This document shows positions 51,664 to 64,000 of a stretch of DNA of 64,000 nt, in pieces. Source of the stretch: Eledone cirrhosa (Eukaryota); assembly GCA_964016885.1 (NCBI GenBank), contig OZ024755.1:30814001-30878000 (forward strand), read 5' to 3'. Under the pieces are notes generated by a model. The model had not been told where the DNA came from and ran no database searches. It saw only the letters and a list, made by a program, of their open reading frames with translations. Every line of letters starts with the position of its first letter. Position 1 is the first letter of the stretch. Both the position numbers and the translations under genes were made by a program.

Positions 51664-53080
51664 TAATAACATTGCAAATAATATCCACCTTTTTAGTAAA
51701 AGATAACATTGCAAATAATACCCACATTTTTTTGTGGACCACCAAAATTTTCTCTCGGACCACTGGTTGATGAACGCTGTTCAAATATATACTTTTATCT
51801 ATTACATGGCGTCGACATCTTCTACTGTGGTCCAACAAATATTGTAATATTCTTGGTAAATTATAATTTAGTTTCAAGGAATTAGTATTTCTGAAGGAAA
51901 ATGATATTGAAATAGAATTTTGTTTATTAAAATTGAATGAAGAATAACTTTGATTTAACAAGCATGGCTGTGTGATTTAAAACTTCTCTTCACAGCTATG
52001 TTTCTGTAATTTATATCACAACATGAAACCTCACGTACATCAATATATATCAGCAACAAATATATACATAAATACGTTTGTGTATATTTGTTGCAGATGT
52101 ATATCGTTAAAGCATGTAAACATTGTTTTGAAAAGCGGAAAACCAGTGCTTTATAGACGAAGTTCTTAGCTATTTTTGTGCTGCACCGAGTTACAATCTC
52201 TTTCTTGTCTCTCTTGTCAAAAATGCAGAGAACTGCAACCAACGACACTACTGTTCCACCATTGCAATATAAACTTATATAGAATAAACAACATAAATAG
52301 AAAGAAAGAAAGCAAGAAAGAAAGAAAGTTGAACAAAAAGCGTTTGAAGAACATAAAAGTGTTCATTGAATTAGCTTCTTAAGCTCCAGTTTCTATAGCG
52401 TTGAGCTGATGAAAAGAAAAGTCTTCTATCGTGAATCGCAAACTTTATTCTGTTGTAGACATGTTTGTCCGAGAAGCCACTGCTCGCTATATTTCAACAA
52501 CATGCAGTTTAACAGAACAAACTTTCCTTTCTTCGAGGTTTTTTGTTTGTTTGTATGGTTTTTTTAAAAATATATTTCAAACATTTCATCTCGCTGAAAA
52601 ACAGAAGGCGAATTCTCACTGAAATACTTATAGACACGTAAACTAAATTGGCTACCTTCCACCATAGACCTCGCCTCGATAAATAACCAAATAAATACAT
52701 AAATGTAAGCAATGAAAGGTTTAAAGAGCATGTAGTAAGATTAAAATTTAAGAATATGTTTTACTTAATTCAAAGACTACAACAACGCATATTAAGTATT
52801 ATATCATGGAATAAAATTAGCATATAACCTTTTGGGACAGGAAAAAGGAAATAGAATTGCATAAGCTATTTTCCGTCAAAATGGGATTATATTCCCGATT
52901 TTATTCAACTAAGTTATAATTAACATGCATCATTGTAGCCTTTGAACCAAGCAAAACATATCCACAAATAAATAAACGGCAATGTCTTACAATAAAAGCT
53001 AGGTCGAATGAATTGGGCGAACATTTGGAAATCGTTTCAAGTATTCTATTTTTGTCATTTCTACTTTGTACTGAAAGACT

Positions 53081-53635
53081 GGTGGATTGGCAGTGTCGTT
53101 ATAGCGTCGTAAGGCGCATGGCTTAGATGTTAGCGTATTGGCTTGCAATTGAGAGGTTATGAGTTCGATTCTCGATGCGTTATGTCCTTGAGCAAGACAC
53201 TTTATTTCACGTTGCTCCAGTTTACACAGCTGTAGAAATGAGTGGCGACGTTACTGGTGTCAAGATGTATCGGCCGAAGCCTTTCCCTTGGACAACATCG
53301 GTGGCGTGGAGAGGGGAGACTGATATGCATGGGCGACTACTGGTCTTCCACAAAACAAACCTTGTCCAGGCTTGTGCCTCGGAGGGAAACTTTCTAGGTG
53401 CAAAACCATGGTCATTCGTGACCCAGTGGGACCTTCATATAGCGTTGGACAAAATGACTTGCAGCATTTAGTTTCGGCTCTTTGCGTTCTGAGTTCAAAT
53501 CCTGCCGAGGACAACTTCGTCTTTCAGCCTTCCGAGGTCGATAAAAAAAAAATACCAGTCAGACCCTGGGATCGATGTCATCGACTTTTCCCTCCCACAA
53601 AATTGTTGATTTTGTGCCTAAGTCAGACACCATTA
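53081..53635 (+). mobile_element. SINE family A interrupted by a CORE-type SINE (53113-53437)
   Basis: The SINE A head (53081-53108) and body (53440-53635) flank a ggcgcatggcttag... CORE SINE; tatagcgt is duplicated. Confidence 0.75.
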
Positions 53636-54685
53636 TTTTTACTGGTTTCAAGCAAATTAGACATATCAATCTTTTTGATGAGCTTTCCTCTTCGTCGCTT
53701 CGTCTTCGCGAGTTTAAAGAGAGTACCGAGCAGAAGTCACCTCGACTCAAACGACCAAGCAACGGGAGGTCAAGACATATGTCAACTTTATTGGGATTTG
53801 GACGCTGAGTCAAATACCACAAAGCATTCTGATCCGACGTTCTAAAGACTCTGCCAATTCGCCACCTTATTTACTACTATACTCACATAGAAAGTTGGTT
53901 GACATTTCAAGGAAGCTTCAAAATTCTAAGTTTTAGCTATTTTTCGTTTTCTTTCTTTTTGGGGGGAGTGGGGTGGGGTGAGGGGGTGTTCATAATTTCC
54001 TTCTACATTTGTATGATTGTCACTAAAGTTATTTTGATTGTGAAGGTAATAATAGTGGGAATGTAGGCAATAGTAGTTGGTGTAGTCGTTGTATTACTAG
54101 AAATATCAGTAACTTTACTGTTCATGGTGCTGGTTATGATATGCTAAGAGTGTTTGTGAAACTGCGCTTTTGTTTTTATTCCTAATTACTTATTTATTTA
54201 TTTGTTGTTGTTGCTGCTTGGTGCTGCTACTGCTGCTGTTAAAATTATATGTCTCTATGCCAGTATAAAGTTCTTTATGGCCTCTTAGTGATATTTTCCA
54301 ACAGTTTCTGTAAAGTGCGGCTAAATGTGTGTGTGTGAGCTCATATCAGTAAACTATACTTTCGCTACCACGGACAGTGTGGAAGAATGCTCTCTGGCGT
54401 GCAAAACCCCAGGAGCAAGGTGGTGGCGGTGGTGGTCGTGGTGGTGGTGGTGGTGGTGGTGGTGGTGGTGGTGGTGGTGGTAGTAGTCGTCGTTGCCGTG
54501 GTTCTGATTCTACGAGGGAGAAAGCTGAGCTGTTTCTAGATTCTAGTTACAAAACCCCCTATCGTAACACTAACTGAAAAGAACTGACTGCAATGTTTAC
54601 ATACATTTAAATATATAACAAAAAATAGAAGAGGAGAAGGGGTAGAGAAAAGAATGTAAACAAAACAAGAAATTAAATAAGCAAA

Positions 54686-54690
54686 GAAAA

Positions 54691-54722
<32 letters not shown>

Positions 54723-54802
54723 AGGAAAGAAAAGAACGTTAGCAAAACAAAACAAAACTAAGAGAAAAAGTTTAAAAAATAAATAAATAAATAAATAAAG
54801 AG

Positions 54803-54877
<75 letters not shown>

Positions 54878-54912
54878 AGGAAAGACAGAAAGAGAGAAAG
54901 AAAGAAAGAAAG
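54686..54912. repeat. (GAAA)n microsatellite complex
   Basis: Direct inspection. Confidence 0.85.
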
Positions 54913-55428
54913 AGCTTAGCAAATTCCTTCACTCTATGAAGTGAGGGTAATGAAAGTGTATTATATAAGTTAAGTTTTCCAATGAAAACAACTGCAAGGA
55001 ACCACCTTAAAAAAACCGTTTTTTTAAATGGATGCATAGAAGCAGAAACACATAAATGAGAGATATATTAGAAGTAGAAATATATGTGTGTGTGGGCGTG
55101 TGGGTGTGTGTGTGTGTGTGTGCGGGCGGGCGTGTGTGTGTGTGTGCGTGCGTGCCTGTGTGTGTGTGCACGCGGGCGTGTGTGTGTGTGTGCGTGTGTG
55201 TGTGTGCGCGTGCGTGTGTGTGGGGAGGGGGTAGTCATTTAGGTTTGTTGGTTCACCACTGGATAGAACTGGTCATTCCGTATGGTCAACCTTGATGTAA
55301 TATTAGGGAGAGCACTCGACGTAATGCAACTCACCCGTCTTCGTTTGTGTTGTTGGTGGTGCGAGTACGGAGTTAATTATTATAAAATAACAGGAGGCTG
55401 GTCTGGTGTAATTCCTTAAAGGTTTATT

Positions 55429-55486
55429 ATACTATGAACATTTCAAGGACCGGGTTCAGTATGAATCCGGTGACATCATCAGGTAT
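55429..55486 (-). ncRNA. Type I hammerhead ribozyme followed by aataaa
   Basis: atac-CTGATGA-tgtc-accggattca(tac)tgaacccggt-cctt-GAAA-tgttca-TA-gtat. Confidence 0.65.
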
Positions 55487-55617
55487 TCGAAATATAACAA
55501 AGGAATATAGGAATATAACAAAGGAATATAATAGGTAGAGAGTCGAGAAGGTGGCCAACTATTTAGCAGTTTCTAGTCCGGTTGACCGCCTTCAATAATA
55601 TATATTATTATATTTAA

Positions 55618-55801
55618 GGGCGGTGGATTGGCAGTATCAGTAGAGGGTCGGATGCCATGCTTTCCAGCATAGTTACGTCCCTTTACGATCTGAGTTCAAA
55701 TCCCGCCGAGGTTGAGTTTGCCTTTCATCCTTACGGGGTCGATAAAATAAAGTACCAGTAATGCACTGGGTAATTGCTGGCTTTGTGCCTAAAGTAGAGA
55801 C

Positions 55802-55806
<5 letters not shown>
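55618..55806 (+). mobile_element. SINE family A, full length
   Basis: Consensus match. Confidence 0.9.
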
Positions 55807-55841
<35 letters not shown>

Positions 55842-55937
55842 TCTCTCTCGAGAGCGTGAAATTAATGAACATTCGTTGTACTGCCTCTCTGTTTTGTCCC
55901 TGTTCAAATTTTTCCATTATATATATATATATGCGTC

Positions 55938-55969
<32 letters not shown>

Positions 55970-55976
55970 TCTCTCT

Positions 55977-56441
<465 letters not shown>

Positions 56442-56718
56442 TATATACAGACACACACATATATATATATACACATATATATACACACAAATATATATAT
56501 ACATATATATATATACATATATATATATGTGTGTATATATGTATATATATATATGCGTGTGTATATATATACATATATATGTGTGTGTGTATATATATAC
56601 ATATATATATATATACATATATATATATGTATATACATATATATACATATATACATATATATATATATACACACATATATATATATACATATATATATAT
56701 ACACATATATATATATAT

Positions 56719-56851
<133 letters not shown>

Positions 56852-57268
56852 CATGCATACATTACATACATATATACATAAATAGTATGTATATGGACAA
56901 GAATGAGAAGTAAAGAAAAAACAACTGCCACATCTAATGACCGCCGAGGAATGTAAACACCCTCGCAGCAGTTTTAAAGGTTTATTATTCTGCTTATCAT
57001 TCTCTAAACACGGTCACTATGAGTGAAGTTTATTAGGAAACTAATACTAATCTACGTTAATAAACTAACCTACCGTCTCTTTTTATTAACTGAATTATTT
57101 ATTTTGTTTTCTCTTTCGTTTTGTAGCGTGAAAGACAAATGAGTCTACCTTTCTAACTGTCTACGTTTATCTACACGCCTATATATAAATATATATATAT
57201 ATATATAAATTATTAAAAAAATAATGAATAAACAAAGAAACAGTTCCTTATATTAAACAAAAAAAGTT

Positions 57269-57407
57269 CATTATTTTACGATCGTTTCTAGGACATATAT
57301 GTGTTAGAATTGGTATGCATATTCTATAGATCTATGTACAATATTATACAAACTATCAGAGGGAATATACATACCTTCACATATATATGCTGTCTTCAGA
57401 AATAATG
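57269..57407 (-). ncRNA. Type I hammerhead with ~104-nt helix II region (family F4)
   Basis: cattattt-CTGAAGA-...-GAAA-c(gatc)g-TA-aaataatg: perfect 8-bp helix I, palindromic loop III. Confidence 0.7.
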
Positions 57408-57733
57408 ATGCTTGTTTATTGATAAGAACAAAGATTCAATACAATAGGTCTGTTTGGGAACAGGTTTTGAATAGACAAATGAAATAGAGATTGAAATATA
57501 TAAAAATCTATCAAGAAATATAGTTAGGTGTGTGTATATGTATGTAAATACGCTCACAGATGTGCATATATGTGTATGCTCATATGTATACGTATAGTGA
57601 AAAAGTGTGTGTAAATCTAAAATTTAGGGCAAATGTATCTGTGTGTCTGTAATCTACAGACAGAATAGATACATCATAAGTATATGAATATGAATATGAT
57701 TGGACACTACCGTAAACTTTTGGTAGATTTATC

Positions 57734-57790
<57 letters not shown>

Positions 57791-57925
57791 GAACGATCGA
57801 CTTTCGTCAAATTGGACCGAGGGAACAATGTTTCCGTTGGTCTTTCCAATTTCTAATACTATATGTTGACAATCTTTTAATAATGTCTTCCTTGTGAAAT
57901 TTGTGGTCTTGTTTTGCTTAACTAA

Positions 57926-58011
<86 letters not shown>

Positions 58012-58345
58012 AACCTCCGATGAATTGACTGGTTATAACTTTGTAGTGGTGATCGAATAACGTGAAAACAAGCGGGTAGCGATCTCTAGACCTACCAGTT
58101 CAGAGAAACAATTGTCAGCAATGAGATTAAAAACCTTTTTTGTATAGTAAACCGTGTCACTCTTCTTTCCTGATTTATCATTACTCCAAGTGTTTACAAC
58201 ATAGGAATTACAGCGTACTCGCAACATCACTATGGAAACGCCTTGTTGAGTCAAACTTAGCCAAGCGTTGATATCATCCACTACCCGGAGTACCATAACT
58301 GGACTACACTTAAGTGGACTACCTATAACAATAATCTGTTACCCC

Positions 58346-58381
<36 letters not shown>

Positions 58382-58382
<1 letters not shown>

Positions 58383-60265
58383 CACGGGTATATTTCTGTG
58401 ATATTGTTCATCTTGTCATTAAACCCCTTGTTCTTTCTGCTCAAGAAATGTGAGGGATACATCATTGGCTCACAGGAGGACAGAAATACGAACCTAACCC
58501 GTAACTTCTTTGTGGACTATCTGAAACTCTATGCCAAGAACATGGATGGGATGAAGAAAAATCTTGACCTGTTTACAATGTTCTCAAAGGATATAGGAAT
58601 GGAGTTTGGCCAAGATTAATGCTCATACATGACTGTAAAGCGGGGAAAAACAACAACCCAATCTAGCAACATTGTCATCAATGGTCTAACTGTTTCACCG
58701 ATATCTGATGAGGACTGCTACAGATACATGGGGATAGATGAGAACATATCCTATAATGGTATCTGTAATAAAGAACGCGTAACCAGGGAATACTACACCC
58801 GATTAAGAAAGATCTGGTCATCGGAACTCTCTACGCAAAACAAAACAGTGGCTCACAATGTGTTTGCTGTGCCTGTCCTAACACCAACGTTTGGAATACT
58901 CTATTGGACGATAGACGAAATCCGAGCAGTTGATGTTGGAACTCGAAAAATACTGAACAACACCGGAAACTTCCACATCAACAGTGACATAGACCGCCTT
59001 TACTTGAAACGTAAGCAGGGAGGCAGAGGCCTAACATCAGTCCAGACAACATTTGAATGTCGCATCATATCTCTCCGACAACATCTACGAACCTCGAAGC
59101 GTAGGAGCACGTCTCTCAAGCAAGTCTATCTGCATGAAACAGATAAGATCGTGAGAGTTGGGAAGGAACTCCTAGAGAGATATTCCCTGTGTGATAATCA
59201 AAAACTCACACCCAGGGAAGTCGCTCAGTAGTATCGCAGTGAATCCATGGATGAAAAACTGCATACTTATCAGCAAAAAATCATGCATGGATATGTTGCC
59301 AGCAGGAAGCTCCAGAGTGAGAGTAATATAGATAAAGAAACAAAAACCGCTATATTGGCTCCCACTTTGAAGGATACGCTTTTGCAATCCAAGAACAGGA
59401 GATTAACACGAAATACCTGATTCACAAAAGAGATAGGGATGCAAGCAAAACACCTAGATGTGATAACAAGTGCAGACCCTGCAGAACTAACATCGAGGAT
59501 ATCACCCATGTCATCAGCAGCTGTCCAAAGATGTTATCGCGGTATTATCTACCTATGAGGTATGATGTAGTGGTCAAAACACTGTACAATGCAGTTCGTA
59601 AAAAGGATAACCCCGATAATAAACACATTAAAAGCTACAGCAATGTGGAAGACATCCATGTACATAATATGAAAGAGTACTGGTAGAATGTTCCAGTAAA
59701 AACCCCAATAACATGCAGGCATAACAGACCAGATATTATGATATGGGACAGGGAGAAGAAAACATGCACAGTAGTGGAAATTAGCTGCCCAGCAGATGCC
59801 AATATAATATCAAAGATTAGTGAAAAGGAGAATATTTATGCAGAACTGATGAGAAATCTGCAGATACTCCACCCTGATTAGATTACACCTTCAGATTTAT
59901 GCCTGTGATTATTGGGGCACTGGGATATGTTAGTAACTGCCTCAATACAAATCTTGAGAAGCTAGGCTTCACAGGAACAGAAAGAAAACAACCAGTTAGG
60001 AAATTACAAGTACAATCCATTAATGGAACAGTAAAATATGTAAAACATTCCAAAAATGTTGCATCTAATAACTGCATATACACATGTACAGATGCAAAGC
60101 ATATACACATGCACACATACAATAACATCCATATCTACACATGCATACATACATATCTACCTAGTTGATGTTGTGTAAATTCCAATGAGAGAGTCTTGTG
60201 TCTATGTTAGAAACCGACTCGTTCTCTATTGGTAAAACTTTATGAAATTATAAAACCAGAAGAAC
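58382..60265 (+). mobile_element. 5'-truncated, decayed R4/Dong-like non-LTR retrotransposon (RT, CCHC, RLE)
   Basis: LFILSLNPL...FFVD(Y)LKLYA...FSKDIGMEFG; DRLYLKRKQGGRGL; CRPC...EDITHVISSC; HNRPDI..WD......VVEISCP; several stops and frameshifts. Confidence 0.85.
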
Positions 60266-60274
60266 ATACATACA

Positions 60275-61885
60275 AGTGGTCAGAGAGGTGGTCCAAAAGT
60301 ATCTCCCATCTTTTCTTGATGACCTGAGGTTGTATGGGCCAAATACCAACTATATCAAAAAACAGTTATACCTCATTACACAATTTTCTGCAGACATCAA
60401 AATGAATTTTGTGAGTCCAAATGTGCATATTTGACAGTAAAACGTGGAAGGGCTGTGCCCTCCTCTGGAAATCTAGAGATAAATGGCTTGACAATACAAC
60501 CTCTACAATCAGGTGACAACTAAAGATTTCTTGAACTAGATGAAAATGTCGTATATGATGGACCCATAAATAAGGAAAGAACCAGAACTGAATACCTCAG
60601 GAGAATAAAGAAAATATGGTCATCAGAACTATCAGCGTACAACAAATCCATTGTCACAATACTTATGCTGTGCCAATCCTAACGCCAACAATTGGTCTGC
60701 TGAACTGGTCATTGCAAGAACTAAGTGAGATGGATGTAAGAACTCGCAAGCTTCAGTGTTACTGGAAACTTTAACATCAATGGTGATGTGGATAGGCTAT
60801 ACTTCTCACGCAAGGAATGTGGCCGGGGTTTAAAATCCATATCAACATCATAAGAGACCAGGATAGTAACACTGAAGCAATATCTTCAACAGAAGAAAAA
60901 GGTCAGCAACCATCATGCCCATGTTTATGAGCATGAAGGAAATAATATCATTAGGATAGCCACTGATCTGGGGGAGAGATATGGAATAAAGCCTGATATA
61001 AATCTCTTTCCAAGGGACATGGGAAGATCCTATTCAATGCGCGAAGAAGATTAAAAAAATAGACCAATTTACAAAGAAAGTTTTGCAATGGTATCTGAGA
61101 CGAAAAACACAGACCACTAAGGGAATAAAGTATTCAAAAAGCCTGGCATGGAGTTCCGACAAGTTTATGACATCCCACCTTGAAGGATATCTCTATACAA
61201 TACAGGAACAAGAAATCCCTACCAAATATCTGCTACACAAAAGAGGAGGGCCATCAGTCGACAATAAATGTAGGCTATGTAAAACAAAGATCGAAGATGT
61301 TAGCCACATTGATGCCAACTGCAAAAGAATGTCGTCTCGTTACTACCTCCCTATGAGACACGGTGTGATAGTTAGAACCATCTGGAACGCACTTAGGAAA
61401 ATAAAATTAAAAACAAATGAGGAGAAATATTTTGAGATAGATGGCATTAAGGAATACTGGTGGAACCTGAAAATAAAAACTGCCATCAAATTAAAGCACA
61501 ACCGGCCTGATGTTGTTTAGGATCACACATTGTGTACTCTGTTGTGGAGATCAGCGGTCCATTTGATGTCAACCTTGTAAGAAAAATACAATAGGACATC
61601 TACGGACCATTCATGAGGAGTCTGCAGATCCAGTATCCAAGATATACCTTCAGCTAGAGCTTATATACCAACCCGCTTGGACCAAAGTATAACTGAACTT
61701 GGATTTGTGGACAAAAAGCGCAGCTCCCTAATTGATAGACTACAAATGGCTGCGATAGCTGGCACCTTCCAAATTTGCAAAACATTCTTGCAATTCAAGG
61801 GATAACAATTTCTTTTCTTTTAGAACCTTGCCACCAGGAAGGTGGCCGGTCAAAAATGTACTCGAAACTAAGAGAAAGAGAAACA
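60275..61885 (+). mobile_element. Second, divergent R4/Dong-like element directly downstream
   Basis: Same domain order (FLDDL, KIWSSELS.YNK, DRLY.SRKE.GRGL, IQEQEIPTKY, CRLC..KIEDVSHI, HNRPDV); more decayed. Confidence 0.82.
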
Positions 61886-62230
61886 CATACATAGGCACAA
61901 ATATATCTGTATACAATGCGAGAGAGAGAAAAAGGGTGACAGGGAGAGATTTTATTATGACTTAGTAATAAGAGGGGGTGGAGATAATGTGACCCATGCG
62001 TTGTAGTGCACAAACATATCGAGTTATTGAAAAACGGGTGATGACATCGAAATATTTACAAAAGTGGAGATTGCTAGATGCACACATGTGTCAAGTGATA
62101 GCATTAAACTAGAACAAAGAATAAGACTATCCCATAAGAAAAGGTACACTTTGACGGAGTGTCTTTACCCAGTTTAACCAGTTTTACTCTTAAATCTTGA
62201 GTGACCCGAGACTATTGTAGAAGGCGCCCG

Positions 62231-62286
<56 letters not shown>

Positions 62287-62689
62287 AGTGTGTGTGTGTG
62301 TGGTTGTGTGGTTGTGTGTCTGTGTTTATGTCTGTGTGTATGTGTGTGTGTATGTATGAGTGTGTGTCTATGGTCTGAGTCCGTGCCTTTGTCTATGTGT
62401 GTGTGTGTGTGTGTCTATGGTCTGAGTCCGTGCCTTTTGTCTATGAGTGTGTGTGTGTGTGTGTGTTTGTCTATGGTATGAGTGTGTGTCTGTGTCTGTC
62501 TGAATGTGTTACTATGGCCGTGTATGTGTCTGTGTGTATATGTCTGAATGTGTTACTATGGCCGTGTATGTGTCTGTGTGTATATGTCTGCGTGTGCGTG
62601 TGAGAAAGAGATAGATAGATAGACGGATGGATAGTTTGCTAGTTAAATAACAAAAGATATATATATATATAGAGAGAGAGAGAGAGGGA

Positions 62690-62980
62690 GAGAGAGAGAT
62701 TGGAGCGAGAGTTAGACAGATATATATGTTTATGCGTATGTGTGTGTATATATAAATATATATAGGGAGAGAGTGAGGCGATAGACAGACAGATTTATAT
62801 ATATACACATATATGTGTGAGTATATATATATATAAAGAGAGAGAGTGGAGCGAGAGACAGACAAACAGATATATATATATATAAACACATATATGTGTG
62901 AGTATATATATATATAAAGAGAGAGAGTGGAGCGAGAGACAGACAAACAGATATATATATATAAACACATATATGTGTAA
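62690..62980. repeat. ~80-bp TA/GA compound tandem repeat, with a further unit at ~63700-63745
   Basis: aaagagagagagtggagcgagagacagacaaacagata recurs. Confidence 0.75.
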
Positions 62981-63048
<68 letters not shown>

Positions 63049-63051
<3 letters not shown>

Positions 63052-63240
63052 GTCACCAGTTGGTGCTACTGGTAACATGTATCCCAGTACAACCTGTCTC
63101 ATGGTCGGGTCGTTGGCGACTAAACTGGCAACCCCACCAAGGCTTCTTTTTGAGGAGGGTGACTTTGGACATCCTGCAGGACTAAAAACAAAACCTGTCA
63201 AAGGGCAAAGAAGCTCTTAAGAGTTAATGGCCATCCAAAA
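63049..63240 (+). mobile_element. Possible 5' UTR of a non-LTR retrotransposon
   Basis: A structured GC-richer segment starting exactly at a (TA)n boundary; family not confirmed. Confidence 0.3.
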
Positions 63241-63652
63241 TCACCGAGAGAGGTGATCCCTTAGCCTTTGTCAAGGCAGAATTCTAGGAGAGGGAAAACT
63301 CTGATATAACACCTGCAACCCTGATGGTATCCAATGATGTTGACTTGTTCTTCTTTTTGGTAAATATCATCTTGGTTAAGAGACTGGGACTGGCTTTGTG
63401 CAGTGCCTTTGCTCACTATAAAAGCTTCACGGCACAGGCATTGCTTTATATCTGGAGATCTCTCTGCACTTGTCGTCACATGGTACCATGGGCTCAGCAC
63501 TATGTGTCAGTAATTGTCACAAGTGTAGTGTTTGTACCAGAGTATTCAAGTCGCTGGCTGGACTAAAAAGTCACACTCGTTCAGCGCATCGGTAGGGGTT
63601 CTCCTACATGGATATAAAGTAGTGGCCGTACTCGAAAACGAGTTGGCAGCCA

Positions 63653-63708
<56 letters not shown>

Positions 63709-64000
63709 AGAGAGAGTGGAGCGAGAGACAAACAAACGGATATATGAAATAAAAAGCAATCTTTAGGTTTTAGAATTCAATATGGATGGGAATTGAAACA
63801 AGATATTGTATGTAAGTTCAAGGTAATGTATTAGTCAGCTTATCAATAAACATTTTAATCACAAACCTTTAGAAAGCCAAACCTGACAAAGGTTATTGAC
63901 GACATTACAGCAAACATAAAGCAACACTGACTTTATCTATCTATCTATCTATCTATATATATTTATATATATATAAGATAACTAGGACGATTGGTTACTC

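Overview
AT-rich eukaryotic (animal) genomic DNA, most likely an octopus/cephalopod; this is inferred from the SINE families and extreme (TA)n content and was not confirmed by any search. The only host gene I can support is the 3' part of a short-chain dehydrogenase/reductase (SDR9C-like, RDH/BDH1/HSD17B6 type). It has two phase-compatible exons at 6161-6293 (YxxxK catalytic motif) and 10933-11263. The rest is repeats: about 19 copies of a tRNA-derived SINE, CORE-type SINEs with RTE-like tails, fragments of RTE, CRE/RLE, Tx1/L1 and R4/Dong LINEs, Tc1/mariner, piggyBac and Helitron-like non-autonomous elements, and several minisatellites. The most notable feature is a dense population of short modules sitting inside (TA)n tracts. 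Many are fold-back (inverted-repeat) structures, and I could fold about 20 of them by eye into type I hammerhead ribozymes from more than 10 unrelated sequence families. Many end in a 3' tail that starts with a covarying RCTC...GAGY hairpin. One such module carries an open 138-codon fragment of a Penelope-like ORF (39547-39960, minus strand; not in the ORF track). Together these point to microsatellite-targeting Penelope-like elements that leave ribozyme-bearing hairpins. Nearly all ORFs in the supplied track are microsatellite artefacts.
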